DNA from: Eledone cirrhosa
Taxonomy: Eukaryota
DNA length: 64,000 bases
Assembly: GCA_964016885.1 (NCBI GenBank)
Contig: OZ024742.1
Coordinates: forward strand, 177,196,001-177,260,000
Direction of reading: 5' to 3'
Within the stretch, counting starts at the first letter, position 1. Every line of letters begins with the position of its first letter. Under the pieces are notes generated by a model. That model had not been told where the DNA came from. It ran no database searches and saw only the letters and a program-made list of their open reading frames with translations. The translations under genes were made by a program, and so were the position numbers. Positions 43,318 through 57,766 of the stretch are shown in pieces.

Positions 43318-43560
43318 TATTCATTAGTTAAGCAAAACAAGACCACAAATTTCACAAGGAAGACATTATTAAAAGATTGTCAACATATTTAGGTTGATGT
43401 AAGGAATGTAGAGAATAATAATAATAATATTAATAATAATAATAATTATTATTATTAATATTATTATTATTATTATTCTCTACATTCCTTACATCAAACT
43501 AAATATGTTGATAATCTTCCTTGTGAAATTTGTGGTCTTGTTTTGCTTAAATAATGAATA
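43318..43560. repeat. Palindrome centred on (AAT)n/(ATT)n; arm also present at 14870-14955
   Basis: agcaaaacaagaccacaaatttcacaagg..aaggaatgtagagaat is inverted on the other side of the trinucleotide tract. Confidence 0.8.
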
Positions 43561-43781
43561 TATATAAATATATATATATATGTATGTGTGTATATATGTG
43601 TGTATGTATATATATATATATATATGTGTGTATGTATGTGTGTGTGCGTGTTTGTGTGTGTGCATGTGTGTTTATCTATTGTTATATGTATTCTTTTTCC
43701 TTTCCTTCTTCCTTTTCCAGCCTCACTTTCATATATATTATAATTTTGTTTTTAAAATCAACTGTCAATAAATACACCATG

Positions 43782-43849
43782 ACATTTTTCTTCTGATGAC
43801 TGAAAGCAAATGTTGTTTGCTTTCAAGAAACCACTGGTAAATGAAATGT
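43782..43849 (+). ncRNA. Type I hammerhead ribozyme (family G)
   Basis: CTGATGA c-tgaaagcaaa-tgttg-tttgctttca-a GAAACC ACT GGTA aatgaaa. Stem II 10 bp. A second copy at 56468-56527 has a perfect stem I but core CTGATGT. Confidence 0.7.
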
Positions 43850-44108
43850 TTATCTTTCGTTGTTTATTACATAAATAATAAGCTCTGTAACCTACATAGA
43901 GCACTCTTTATTCCTGGACCTTTCCGACGGAATTACTTCATTTATATATATATATATATATAAGGATTAGAATACTGGAGCGTGTTTGAGTCAAACACCC
44001 TCTTCGTATTATAGAAATGACAGTAAAAGGTATAGCTCAATGCAGTTAAGCAGAGCCGAAAAATTAAGAGAGTAAAACAAAGAATCCTTTAATACATCAA
44101 CAGTTTTT

Positions 44109-44153
44109 ATTAGCCGACAATGTTTCGTCCTATTAAGAACTCATCAGGGCAAT
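44109..44153 (-). ncRNA. Minimal hammerhead ribozyme (family H)
   Basis: gcc CTGATGA gttct-taat-aggac GAAAC ATT GTC ggc. Confidence 0.8.
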
Positions 44154-44479
44154 CAAAACAACAAGAGGTAATTTCGGCAGATACAAGCCAGAAACTCTGA
44201 AGAATATGGAGTTTACATACACTAGTGTCTTACAAGGATATACGATAATAAAAATGAAGATAAAAATAATAAAATTATAATAACTAAGGATGTAGATAAC
44301 ATTAAGCACCATATTACAAATATGGTCCAAAGTCACCAACTTAAATCTAAACAAATTTGGTTATATAGAACAGGAATTATATATAACACAGTATAATACA
44401 TTATAATAATAATATATCTATACCAACACTGAAATTCCAAATCAAAAATCAAAAGGTACAATATATACATGTATATATG

Positions 44480-44518
<39 letters not shown>

Positions 44519-46357
44519 ACACACACACACACATATTACAATACACATATCTATTTTCTATTACACAGAAATTAAGCCCTATTGGAAGTTTGAACATCAA
44601 AAATATTAAAAATAAGCATGGTAATAGTGAAAATAATGCTAATACATCTACCCAATATCCATGGGGCAATAATTACAAGAAACACTTATAATAAATAATA
44701 AACAACAAAATTATATAATATAATACAATATAATAAAGTAGAATATATATAATAAGAATATATATAATCTCAGGTTAATTTACAGAAACAATATAGATGT
44801 CACAGTGAAATACAATGATAAGTTGTTAACATTATATTAACAATTACCATAATCAATATGTACAACATGGTTCATATTGGGTTACATAATAAATGGGGAA
44901 ATATCAATCATATAATATAATACAATAATACTAAAAAAAACTATATTGGTACAGGGAACAATTATGATGTTACAGAAAAAAGATGTTGTTACAGAAAAAA
45001 TATATAGACATCTAACATGATATATAAAGTCTAAATACCATAATGTTACATACTACAATATTAAAATATTAAAATATTAAAATATTAAAATATTAAAAAA
45101 TATAAAGTTTAAGTATCTTAATGTTATATATAATAAACGGTAAGTAATAAGGATCTATATCATAATGTAATATATTTTTAAAATAGGCATATAATATATA
45201 AATAAATACTTATAATTTCAAGGTTAGTAGACAGACATGTGTGGATGAGCAAAGCCAGACAGTGAGTGGTAAATAAAAACAATCAACCGTAAATTACAAA
45301 ACAGAGCAAATGTATACACACTTACGTCTCGCGTGCATTTAGAAAGTTGGTAAGCATTCAGGAAAACGATCATTTTAAATGACTCCCAACACTATTTGAT
45401 GAATTAATATTAAAAATATCAAACCCGTCCGATAAGGTAGTATAAAATTAGCTATAGTCTCAGTCATTAAAGTATATAAACTTTAATATATCGTTACAAA
45501 TGTTTACAAAAAGGAATAAAGTTACACTATCATACACGCAACGATATCTAAAAAACTGACTTAAGTAAAGTTAAGGTAAGCTAATGGGGACAGAATTGAC
45601 GAAATATATGGAGGGTGCGAAGTAGCATAAAATATATTCGATATACTATAATAAATAATTGAACAGAGCATAAAAGTGGGGGGGGGTTAATATAATCATA
45701 TTTAATCTAGAGGGGTTGACAATAAGTTTATGCGTGCATGGGGGGGGGGGGGGGGTTAATAGATAAATCAGAATAGACTTAGAAATAAATATATAAATAG
45801 AATTAAAATTAAAAATAAAAATAAAAATAATGTTAAAATTAAAAATTAAATATACTATAATTATAAATAAATTCGATATACTATAATAATTCGATATACT
45901 ATAATAAATTATAATAAATTCGATATTCTATAATAAATAATAGAACAGAGCATAAAAGAGTGGGGGGGGGTTAAAATAATCATATTCAATCTAGGGGGGT
46001 TGACAAGAAGTTTATGCGTGCATGGGGGGTGGGGAAAGAAGGGGGGGGGGGGGGTTAATAGATAAATCAGAATAGACTTAGAAATAAAAATATAAATAGA
46101 ATTGAAAATAAAAATAAAAATAATGTTAAAATTAAAAATTAAAGTTAATGATAATAAAAGAATATATAAAGGTAATAACGTAGTAATCTTATGTATACTA
46201 ACAAGGTGTAATAGTGAAGACATAGATATGGTACAGTGGCCAAATGATTATGAGAGCTAGAATGAAGAGTTATCAAAAACCAATGGTAACAATAGTGTTG
46301 GCAAACAAAAGAAAACAAAAGAACCCAAACAAAGAACTAAGTAATGGAATATATCTG

Positions 46358-47684
46358 CTAATGGGTACGATTTGTACTACTAGAACATTTGGGTTTATAA
46401 TAAAAGTAAGAATTAGAAATTGCATGGGGGCAAGAAGAGAATATCTCAGACTTTCTATTCAGTAAGGGTACGCTAGAGAAAATAATAGAGTGTGTCTCAA
46501 GTATACAGAGATTGCAAAACTTACTATGTGCAGAAAGGTGGTTAGATCGTGCTACTAAACTCCAGTTAAGGCTATATGGTATACAAGCTCCCTTAAGGTC
46601 CCAGATATAATGCGCTAGAGAGGTAGAATTCTTAAACCTAATATGTTTGAAGTTAGAGATATGAGAGTTAAACCTAGTCTTAAAGGTGTTTGAAGTAGAT
46701 CCTATATATGTTCCTTTAGAGGAATTAGTTATAACCTCGCAAGCATAGACTATGTTTTTAGAAAGGCAGTTACCGTTTAGAGGGCAGTTAGCACTCACTC
46801 TACAATTGCACTTCCGGGTGTTATTGGTTGGCTCAAGTGGTGATGTATTGCACCTAGGACCTCTATTAGATAAGGAATGTTCTGGTGGTAAAGCATTGTC
46901 CGATGCATTCAGGCTATTATTCTGCAGAGAGGAGAATCCATCCCTAATCTTCCTATTATTAGTGCTAGCTAAATGAGAACTAATATTAGGGGTGGTAGAG
47001 AATGATAGTTTAATAACATTTTTATTAAAAATACTATGGTATTTGTGAGAAGGGGGGACATTTTTCTCCAGGATAGTGAAGAAAGACCTAGGGATATTAG
47101 TTTATACATCCTGGTTATATGGCGGGTTGAAATAAGTATTCAATCGCCTTCTATTTCTATTTTTATTCCTATCAACCCTACCTCTATCAAAAGTCCCACC
47201 TTCGAGACTAGGGTTACTATCGGGAATATGTGAAGCCGCATTCATAGAATCAGTCATAATTACATTATGCCTATTATATTTTCTACCTCCAGTAGATCCA
47301 CTGTTGTTCAGAGTCCCTACAAGAGGATTAAGGCCAATGATAGGATCAGTAGGAGCAACATTATTAGAACAAGATCCAGCCAAACCAACACCAATGTGTG
47401 AGCGCACAGGGGGCTCGACTTGTCTCTTAGAGGTATTATATTTGTTACTACGAGTCCAGTGGGATAACCTATGGGTGGGTTCAGATACTCCTATATAAGT
47501 TCTACGGTTACTAAGTTTGTTACTCACATTCATAGCCATGTTATGTGATATAATGTTATTATTATTAAGAGTAAGCGGAGACTTTCTAAAGTTACTATTA
47601 TTATAATTTATTTTACTAGAGTGACCTGAATTTGCTAGGGCGTTATTGTAGTACTCCGCATGCTCATTAAAAGTTCCTATGTCC
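46358..47684 (-). pseudogene. PLE thumb, low-complexity linker, YFNPPY domain and GIY-YIG (stop and frameshift interrupted)
   Basis: FNEHAEYYNNALANSGH; YFNPPYNQDV*; CPLNGNCL..IVYAC..GTYIGSTSNTFKTRF..CNLC..LLNRKSE..CPH. Confidence 0.85.
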
Positions 47685-48434
47685 TTGATTGTTTTTATTT
47701 ACCACCCACTGTCTGGCTTTGCTCATCCACACATGTCTGTCTACTAACCTTGAAATTATAAGTATTTATTTATATATTATATGCCTATTTTTTAAATATA
47801 TTACATTATGATATAGATCTTTATTACTTACCGTTTATTATATATAACATTAAGATACTTAAACTTTATATTTTTTTATATTTTAATATTTTAATATTTT
47901 AATATTTTAATATTGTAGTATGTAACATTATGGTATTTAGACTTTATATATCATGTTAGATGTCTATATATTTTTTTTGTAACAACATATTTTTTCTGTA
48001 ACATCATAATTGTTCCCTGTACCAATATAGTTTTTTTTAGTATTATTGTATTATATTATATGATTGATATTTCCCCATTTATTATGTAACCCAATATGAA
48101 CCATGTTGTACATATTGATTATGGTAATTGTTAATATAATGTTAACAACTTATCATTGTATTTCACTGTGACATCTATATTGTTTCTGTAAATTAACCGG
48201 AGATTATATATATTCTTATTATATATATTCTACTTTATTATATTGTATTATATTATATAATTTTGTTGTTTATTATTTATTATAAGTTTTTCTTGTAATT
48301 ATTGCCCCATGGATATTGGGTAGATGTATTAGCATTATTTTCACTATTACCATGCTTATTTTTAATATTTTTGATGTTCAAACTTCCAATAGGGCTTAAT
48401 TTCTGTATAATAGAAAATAGATATGTGTATTGTA

Positions 48435-48470
<36 letters not shown>

Positions 48471-48797
48471 ACATATATACATGTATATATTGTACCTTTT
48501 GATTTTTGATTTGGAATTTCAGTGTTGGTATAGATATATTATTATTATAATGTATTATACTGTGTTATATATAATTCCTGTTCTATATAACGAAATTTGT
48601 TTAGATTTAAGTTGGTGACTTTGGACCATATTTGTAATATGGTGCTTAATGTTATCTACATCCTTAGTTATTATAATTTTATTATTTTTATCTTCATTTT
48701 TATTATCGTATATCCTTGTAAGACACTAGTGTATGTAAACTCCATATTCTTCAGAGTTTCTGGCTTGTATCTGCCGAAATTACCTCTTGTTGTTTTG

Positions 48798-48842
48798 ATT
48801 GCCCTGATGAGTCCTTAATAGGACGAAACATTGTCGGCTAAT
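48798..48842 (+). ncRNA. Minimal hammerhead ribozyme (family H), canonical core
   Basis: gcc CTGATGA GTCCT-taat-AGGAC GAAAC ATT GTC ggc. Confidence 0.88.
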
Positions 48843-48886
48843 AAAAACTTTTGATGTATTAAAGGATTCTTTGTTTTACTCTCTTA

Positions 48887-48917
<31 letters not shown>

Positions 48918-48936
48918 TGTAATAAACAATATAAGG

Positions 48937-48982
<46 letters not shown>

Positions 48983-49139
48983 CCTTATATATATATATGT
49001 ATTTGTATGGTTGTGTGTGTGTGTGGGGGTATATATATATGTGTATGTATATGCACAATTACATACACAGTGATTTAATGTTTATTTTCATTGATTATTT
49101 GCTCCAGAAACTTATTGAGTGCTCTAAATTATATATATA

Positions 49140-52100
49140 TAAATTAATAAAAACAAGGAAATAAAAACAAAGAACAAGTTCCTTATATTAAAAGAAATCA
49201 TCATTTTACGATCGTTTCTAGGATGTATATGTGTGTTGGTATGTATATCATATATATCTATGTAAAAATATTACAAACTAACAGAGGAAATATACACATC
49301 TTCACATATACATGCTGTCTTATTGAAAAAAACCAACACAGATTTAATATAAAAGGTCTGTTTGGGAACAGGTTTTGAATTGATCAATATAAACTAGTTA
49401 GAGGTCAAGTTAATAGAATAGTAGTAGTAGAAATTTAATTTAGGTTTACAGGAGTGCAGACTTATGTTTTGAATGAAAAGAATACTTTGAATGAACAGAA
49501 TACATTGGGGATGAAAACAGGTAAAGCCAGTGAAAAGTACACGAAAATTTGATGTTATTAAAGAATAATGTTACAAACGAAGGAAAATAAAATGTTAGGG
49601 TAAGGGTATTAGTGAGAAATACCAATCTTATTGAAACCACAAGGAATCTAGATCTATAACAAGAAATTAAATTAATTGATAGGTATACTTATAGGGATAA
49701 ATTTATATTAATTCATATGAATGTGATAAATAAGAATTAGATGTTATTAAAGAGTGTTGTTACAAACGAGGGAATGTAAAATTTTGGGATAAGGATAGTA
49801 GTGAGAAATACCAATCATATATAAACTACAAGGAATCTAGACTCATAACAGGAAATTAAATTAATTTATAGGTATACTTTTAGGAAAAGAGAGCTGTAAG
49901 AGGGAAATAAAATGATGAAGTTCTCTGTAGTAAAGTACTAATTATAGGTTAACTAAATAAAAAAAAGTAATATAAATAATATGTAAAATATAAGTGTAAG
50001 GTGTATATTAATTAGGTTTATAATATTTGAAGGTTCTTCTAATTCTATGATTGCAAGATATAATTAATTCTTATCGCTTATTTAATAGGATATACTTAGA
50101 TTTCATGATTTGAAAAAGTTCCTGGGAGCATAATCTACACTCGTATCTGTTATTTTGATGAGGGGTGGCCCTTTTGAGCACATTCCAGGTCAGTTTGTAA
50201 TCGATATTCTTCTTTCTATAATTATTAATTGTTTCAACCAAGGATGTTGTATTAGCTAATGCGGCATTTTAAAAACTATGTTTGTGGGTATTAATCCTAC
50301 TTTAAATTGGTTAGACGTAGCTCCTCTATATGAATAAGTGGAGTCCTTAGTGCTAATTTTACATTTCTAGACTATGTTATTAATAAGACAATTTCCCTTT
50401 AATGGGCAATTTCTTTTGATTCTACAGTTACAGCCACTCGTGAATATTATATCAGGGGAGTATCCAAATTTGGTGTGGAATTTACTCGACTTGTTATAGG
50501 TGAAGGAGATGGTGGTTTGTTGCGGTTTATTTTAGTATTATGGTTGGTTTGATGTGTTGGTGGTATATTTGTGGGTTCTTTTTACATTTATATGCGTTGT
50601 ACGCACTTATATTTTGTTGTATATTTTTGGTAGCGGAGTAGGAACATTTGACAGTTGATCTATTTAAAATTTGATCGTATTTATTGTTTGGAGGGAAGGT
50701 TTACTCTAGGATAGTAAACCATTTTTTAGGAATATTATCTTTAATTTGTAGATTAGATGGAGCATTATACCAAGTAACCCGTCTATTACAGTTTCGATAT
50801 TGTTTTTTTATTTTTATACGATGTATCAGGATGTTTACTAAGAGAGTTACTATTAGTGAATTTATTATATATAGGTTTAGTTAGATTAACTGATTTAGGT
50901 GTTTTAGTCTGATTATTAGGAATCTTGTTAGTAATGTTATTAACGTATATTGGAGTATTAGGATGAATGGTTTTTTTGAAAGTTATTATATATTATGTAA
51001 TAAGAGGTAGAGAAATTAAGTTTTAGGTTGGTATTATGGGGTGTTGTATGAGTGGCATTTAGGTGTGGTTTTTCATTTGGTGTTTGTTGGTAATATTGTG
51101 TTGTATGTTTGAAGTATTATTGGTGCAAGGTATATAGACTAATTTGTTTTTGTGGCCGCTTCTAGCTAAAGCTTTGTTATAAAAGGGCGCGTTTTTATCG
51201 AATACATCCTGGTTAGATGAAAGGTTAGAGATTCTGAGTGAGATATTATATGCTAGCTTTTTAAGGATAGATCTAGGGTGATTGGATTGTGAGTGTATGT
51301 AATGTAAGTTTTGGTTAGGTTTATGGTAAGGTTGGTAGATACCCGTAGATAAGTCTAAAGTTATTCTAGGAAATTGACTATTTTACTGGTGTTTTCAAAT
51401 GTAATAGTGAGATTGTAATAGTCTTTGAGGAAAGTTCTAATAAGTTTTTAATTTTTTTCAATTTCTGATAGGCTAAGATTAGTGGAAAGAAGAAGACAGT
51501 CATCACGATATAAACCACCTTTAAGGTGGATGAAAATATTAATTTATGTTAAATAGAAGGAAGAGGCCCACAAGATCGGTAATTTGGGCTGAATCACTAG
51601 AGCCCATAGTAATGTCCAAGAATATTACTATATGTATATCTGGTCCAGTATTCCTTCTGAAATTCCGGTATTGTTTGTCTAGCGTGCATGATAATATTAA
51701 TGTCATCCATAGTTAAGTTTGATCTATATCTGGCAAATATCAAGGCTTTATCCAGTAGTATGGGTGATATAGAGGAATAATAAGCATCTATATCAAATTG
51801 TAGAAATGAAGCAGATGATTTATTTCTAATATTAGTAAACTAGTTAATTACTTGGGATGTGTTTTCCCAGAGTGGTAAGTTAACGTGTTTTCATAATTGT
51901 GGGATGATTCTATCTAAAAAAAAGTTTACTAATGATGCCAATGAAAGACTTGGAAGTGCATATAAGTCTTATAGAAGTAATAGAGTTAAAGTTAGATTTG
52001 TGATCTTTCAGGTTAAAGTGTGTTTTTTTCAGTGACAAAGGGTCAGTTCTGTCTTCAATATTGAGTTTATTTACTATGTTGTATGTTTTGTTCTTGATAT

Positions 52101-53061
52101 TGGTAAGAGACGTATTATTTGTTTTTTTTATAATTTTTCCTGAGGTCTTTATAAATGAACTCATTGCAATTATCAATATCCATGTGCTATATATTTCCAG
52201 CTTTGTCTGTGTGGATGTGGACTTTGCTAGATTTTCTTCTATTTAACATTAATTCATCTTTTCCCCACCTTAAAGGTGGTTTACATCGTGATGACTGTCT
52301 TCTTCTTTCCACTAATCTTAGCCTATCAGAAATTGTATAAAATAAAAAAACTTATTAGAACTTTCCTCAAAGACTATTACAATCTCACTATTACATTTGA
52401 AAGCACCAGTAAAATAGTCAATTTCCTAGATATACTTTAGACTTATCTACGGGTATCTACCAACCTTACCATAAACCTAACCAAAACCTACATTACATAC
52501 ACTCACAATCCAATCACCCTAGATCTATCTTTAAAAACCTAGCATATAATATCTCACTCAGAATCTCTAACCTTTCATCTAACCAGGATGTATTCGATAA
52601 AACGCGCCCTTTTATAACGAAGCTTTAGCTAGAAGCGGCCACATAAACAAATTAGTCTATATACCTTGCACCAATAATACTTCAAACATACAACCCAATA
52701 TTACCAACAAACACCAAACGAAAAACACACACCTAAATGCCACTCATATTACATCCCAAAATACCAACCTAAAACTTAATTTCTCTACCTCTTCTCACAT
52801 AAAATATAATGACTTTCAAAAAACCATTCATCCTAATACTCCAATAAATGTTAACAACTTTACTAACAAGATTCCTAATAATCAGACTAAAACACCTAAA
52901 TCAGTCAATCTAACTAAACCTATATATAATAAATTCACTAATAGTAACTCTCTTAGTAAACATCCTGATACATCGTATAAAGATAGAAAAAACAATATCG
53001 ACACCGTAATAGACGGGTTACTTGGTATAATGCTCCATTTAATCTACAAATTAAAGATAAT
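49140..53061 (-). mobile_element. Decayed Penelope-like element (YRDD-type RT + GIY-YIG) with an inverted internal duplication
   Basis: Minus-strand fragments LKDHK, FLQFDIDAYYSSI, ITMGSSDSAQ, GGLYRDD, TWYN, CNC..CPLKGNC. 50734-51561 is inverted at 52233-53061. The 3' end is homologous to 15706-16935. Confidence 0.88.
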
Positions 53062-53064
53062 AAT

Positions 53065-53551
53065 AAACACTACACTTGTGACAATTATTGACACATAGTG
53101 CTTTACCTTTGGTACCATGTGACGACAAGTGCAGAGAGATCTCCAGATACAAAGCAATGCCTGTGCCATGAAGCTTTTATAGTGAGCAAAGGCACTGCAC
53201 AAAGCCAGTCCCACTCTCTTAACCAAGATGATATTTACCAAAAAAGAAGAACAAGTCAACATCATTGGATACCATCAGGGTTGCAGGTGTTACATCAGAG
53301 TTTTCCTTCTCCTAGAATTCTGCCTTGACAAAGGCTAAGGGGTCATCTCTCCCAGTGATTTTGGATGGCCATTGACTCTTAAGAGCTCCTTTGCCCTTTG
53401 ACAGGTTTTTTTTTAGTCCTGCAGGATGTCCAAAGTCACCCTCCTCACCAAGAAACCTTTGTGGGGTTGCCAGTTTAGTCGCCAACGACCCGACCATGAG
53501 ACAGGTTGTACTGGGATAAATGTTACCAGTAGCACCAAGTGGTGACCTGAC

Positions 53552-53552
<1 letters not shown>
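53065..53552 (-). mobile_element. Dispersed repeat, probably RTE-LINE 5'-derived
   Basis: Second copy at 5713-6055. The RTE assignment rests on remembered similarity only. Confidence 0.5.
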
Positions 53553-53622
<70 letters not shown>

Positions 53623-53764
53623 TACATACATATATATGCACATATATTTCTTTGTATTGCACCATAGAGCATGTGTGTTTACGTGTGTCATTGTGTTTAT
53701 ATGTGGGTAGAGATGTGTGCTGATGTAGGTATGTATGTTGACGTGTGTATGTTGTGGGTTCGTC

Positions 53765-55014
53765 TTAGGGAGAAGTGTTTAGACGGGGTCCGTATTTGTT
53801 AATGAAGTAAGATTCCTTGCTGATGCGCTGGGTGTGGGTGGCATTATCTTTAAATTTGTAGAGGGGAAAGATTCTGAAGTTGGGATGATTTTGCGCGGCA
53901 CAGGTGTCAATGTGTTCACTCAGTGGTATTTTCCTGTATTCCCGTCTTTTAATTTGGGATCTATGGACAGTCATGCGTTGGCGGAGGCTGTTTTTGGTCT
54001 GGCCTATGTATTGTTCTCGACAAGCTGAACAAGTTAATACATATATTAGATTTTCCGATGCATATGTGAAATTGTGTTTTACTATAAAACGTTGTCCATC
54101 TTTGAAATAGAATTCCGAACCCTCTATTAGGTTGATGCAAATGCCACAGTTGGGTCTATCGCATTTTTTTACTGTGGGTTTCGTTGTTGTGGTTGGCAGT
54201 ACTTTGGCATGTATTAAGATGTTTTTCATTGACTTGGATTGTCTTTTGCTCTTTATGATATCGTGTGTTCGTAGAATTTGGTTCATTCTATGGTCCTTTT
54301 TCAATACAGGGATGTTCTGGAGGATGGTGTCAAAGGCCTCATTGTTGAGGGGGTTGTGTGTGGAGATCTATGGAAGAGCTTTTAGTTTTGGTTGATTTAC
54401 TTTAGGGTGTCTAAGGTCCTGGGTACTGAGTTTTAGGGCACGTTGGATTCCATTGTCAATTAGTGATGCAGGGTAGTCCCTGCCTATGAGTGTGTCCTTT
54501 AGTTCTTGTAGCCGTAAGTAGCAGATGTTTTTATTGGAGACTATAGTACAGATTCTCTTGGCTAAGTAGTAGGGAATATTAATTTTAACCTGTCTAGGGT
54601 GGCAAGAGTTGAAGTGAGTTATTGCTTGGAGTCTGTGGGCTTGTAGTATATGTCTGTTTCTATTTTTTTGTTATGGATCTTAATGAGGATGTCGAGGAAG
54701 GGGAGTTGTTGATGGCTGTATTCCATCGTGAAGTTAATATTTGTGTTGAGCCCATTTATAAGGGTGTGAAATTCTTTAAGTTTTTCGATGTTTTCGTGCC
54801 AAAGGATGAAGCAGTCATCTAGATATCGCTTCCAGTTCCTTTCAATGTGTAAGTGGAGGGTGTTTCCAAATTTGTTTAGGACTTTAGTGTAGAGGGTGAT
54901 TTCCAGGTATCCCATGACTAGGTTGGCATAAGTAGGGGCTGTTTTCGTTCCCATAGCGGTCCCAGATTTCTGCCTGTAGGGTTTGTTATTGAAAACGAAG
55001 TAATTGTTCTCCAA
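53765..55014 (-). pseudogene. Penelope-like element (Neptune-like) RT + Cys-linker + GIY-YIG, truncated and interrupted
   Basis: YRQKSGTAMGTKTAPTYAN, WKRYLDD, LPFLD, YYKPTD; KCDRPNCGIC; LIYVLTCSACREQYIGQT..RQRMTVH. Confidence 0.88.
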
Positions 55015-55369
55015 GAATTGTTCTCCAAGAATTTTTTATTCACATGACCTCTACCGACCAATCAAAATTGTTTTGATCAAGAATTTTTGCTGGAGCCACT
55101 TTTTTAACATTATTTTTGAAAAGCATTTAGAAATGCGCAACCGGTAAAAACTTAAAAACTTAAAACCACAACTGAATACTAACCCATACAATCACTAATA
55201 CTCTTTTATTCCTAATTAAATCATTTTTCAACTGTGAACAATTTGTCAGCATTTTCTATTCCGTTTACCAATATATATATATATATATTTATATATATGT
55301 GTGTAAGAGCCGTCGAAACGGCTTGAGCTCTGCCGTCGGGTTCTTACTTTTCCTTTATGTATGTATATA

Positions 55370-56557
<1,188 letters not shown>

Positions 56558-56628
56558 ATATATATATATATATATATCTTACGTTAATTTTTTTCCATTT
56601 TGACGTTATAGTCACTTATATATTATGA

Positions 56629-56794
56629 AATAATTGTTTCTACTTTTGGCACAAGGCCAGCAATTATTCCAGTGCATTACTGGTACTTTATTTTATCGAC
56701 CCCGTAAGGATGAAAGGCAAAGTTAACCTCGGCGGGATTTGAACTCAGATCATAAAGGGAGGTAACTCTATGCTTCAAAGCATGGCGTCCGACC
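56629..56794 (-). mobile_element. tRNA-derived SINE, 5' truncated
   Basis: Reverse complement of the 38262 SINE. Confidence 0.88.
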
Positions 56795-56826
56795 GGCTTC
56801 TTGCTCACATTAATTTCTATATTTTC

Positions 56827-56860
<34 letters not shown>

Positions 56861-56927
56861 AATAACAAATTATCGTTATAGTAATCCAGTTAGAGGTTGT
56901 GAATACTCCGTATTCTGGATAGTTTTC

Positions 56928-57150
56928 ATCACCATCATCAACAGATCGAGCTTGTTCGGCTTTCTACGACAGGTTTCCTTCATCCATCTGTGTCTCTCAT
57001 AGCGTTTGCCAGTTCTTCCGTAGTGCATCCAGTATCGTCCTCAACTTGCTTGCGCATGTCTTCTTGGGACGACCAGAGTTTCTTGCTCCATGAGATGGAC
57101 TCCATAACAATACATCACCTGCTATTTCTTCCTTGCTGCGCCAACAGTGG
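56928..57150 (-). mobile_element. RTE-clade LINE 3' end fragment
   Basis: Minus strand encodes HCWRSKEEIAGDVLLWSPSHG..GRPKKT..DDTG..EL.NAM.D and ends in a (TGA)n-like tail. Confidence 0.7.
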
Positions 57151-57766
57151 GATAGTTTTAGCGTACGGCATTGTTTGACATATTATAAACATTTTCAAAT
57201 CATTCAAATATTCTGCCACAAAAACATTTTAAAAAAAAATAGGGACTGCGACTTTTCTTATGAAAACTTCTTTTCTAAAAACTACTGCCATATCCCATCG
57301 CAATTTCAGATTTCAGTGGTCACGCACTATGATAACGTCACGAACTATCAACCAATCTAAGTGCCGCGCAAACAGGATGATGGCAGATGATAAATATTCG
57401 AAGGTTCGGAGCCCAGCAGAAAGAGAATTTGCTTCGTAATCACTAGACATATTTGAGGAACTTGCGAATCCAGAGTCAGGTTCGATCCACAAACAGATCG
57501 CACCTTCACCTGTTCGCCGGAGAAACAATTGTAATACGTAATAGATTGTGTTCCGATGCATCTCTGATTCTTCGTTTCCATATTATATATATATATATAT
57601 AGTAATATATGAGATTATAGTGTAATAGTTCACTATTTTCATTGGTTAAGTTCAGTGCTCATTTTCACCTTTCCTTCTTCAAGAGCGAATAGTTATAGTA
57701 GCAGAGCATTTATAATTCAACATTCATTAAAACCAAGGATTAATATTACTATTATTATTATTATTA

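Larger units (their letters stand above)
43962..48888 (-). mobile_element. 5'-truncated Penelope-like element with ~1.2 kb inverted pLTR
   Basis: 44063-45286 is inverted at 47685-48888; tail 43962-44062; coding remnant 46358-47684; internal ~270 bp direct duplication at 45637-46142. Confidence 0.9.
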
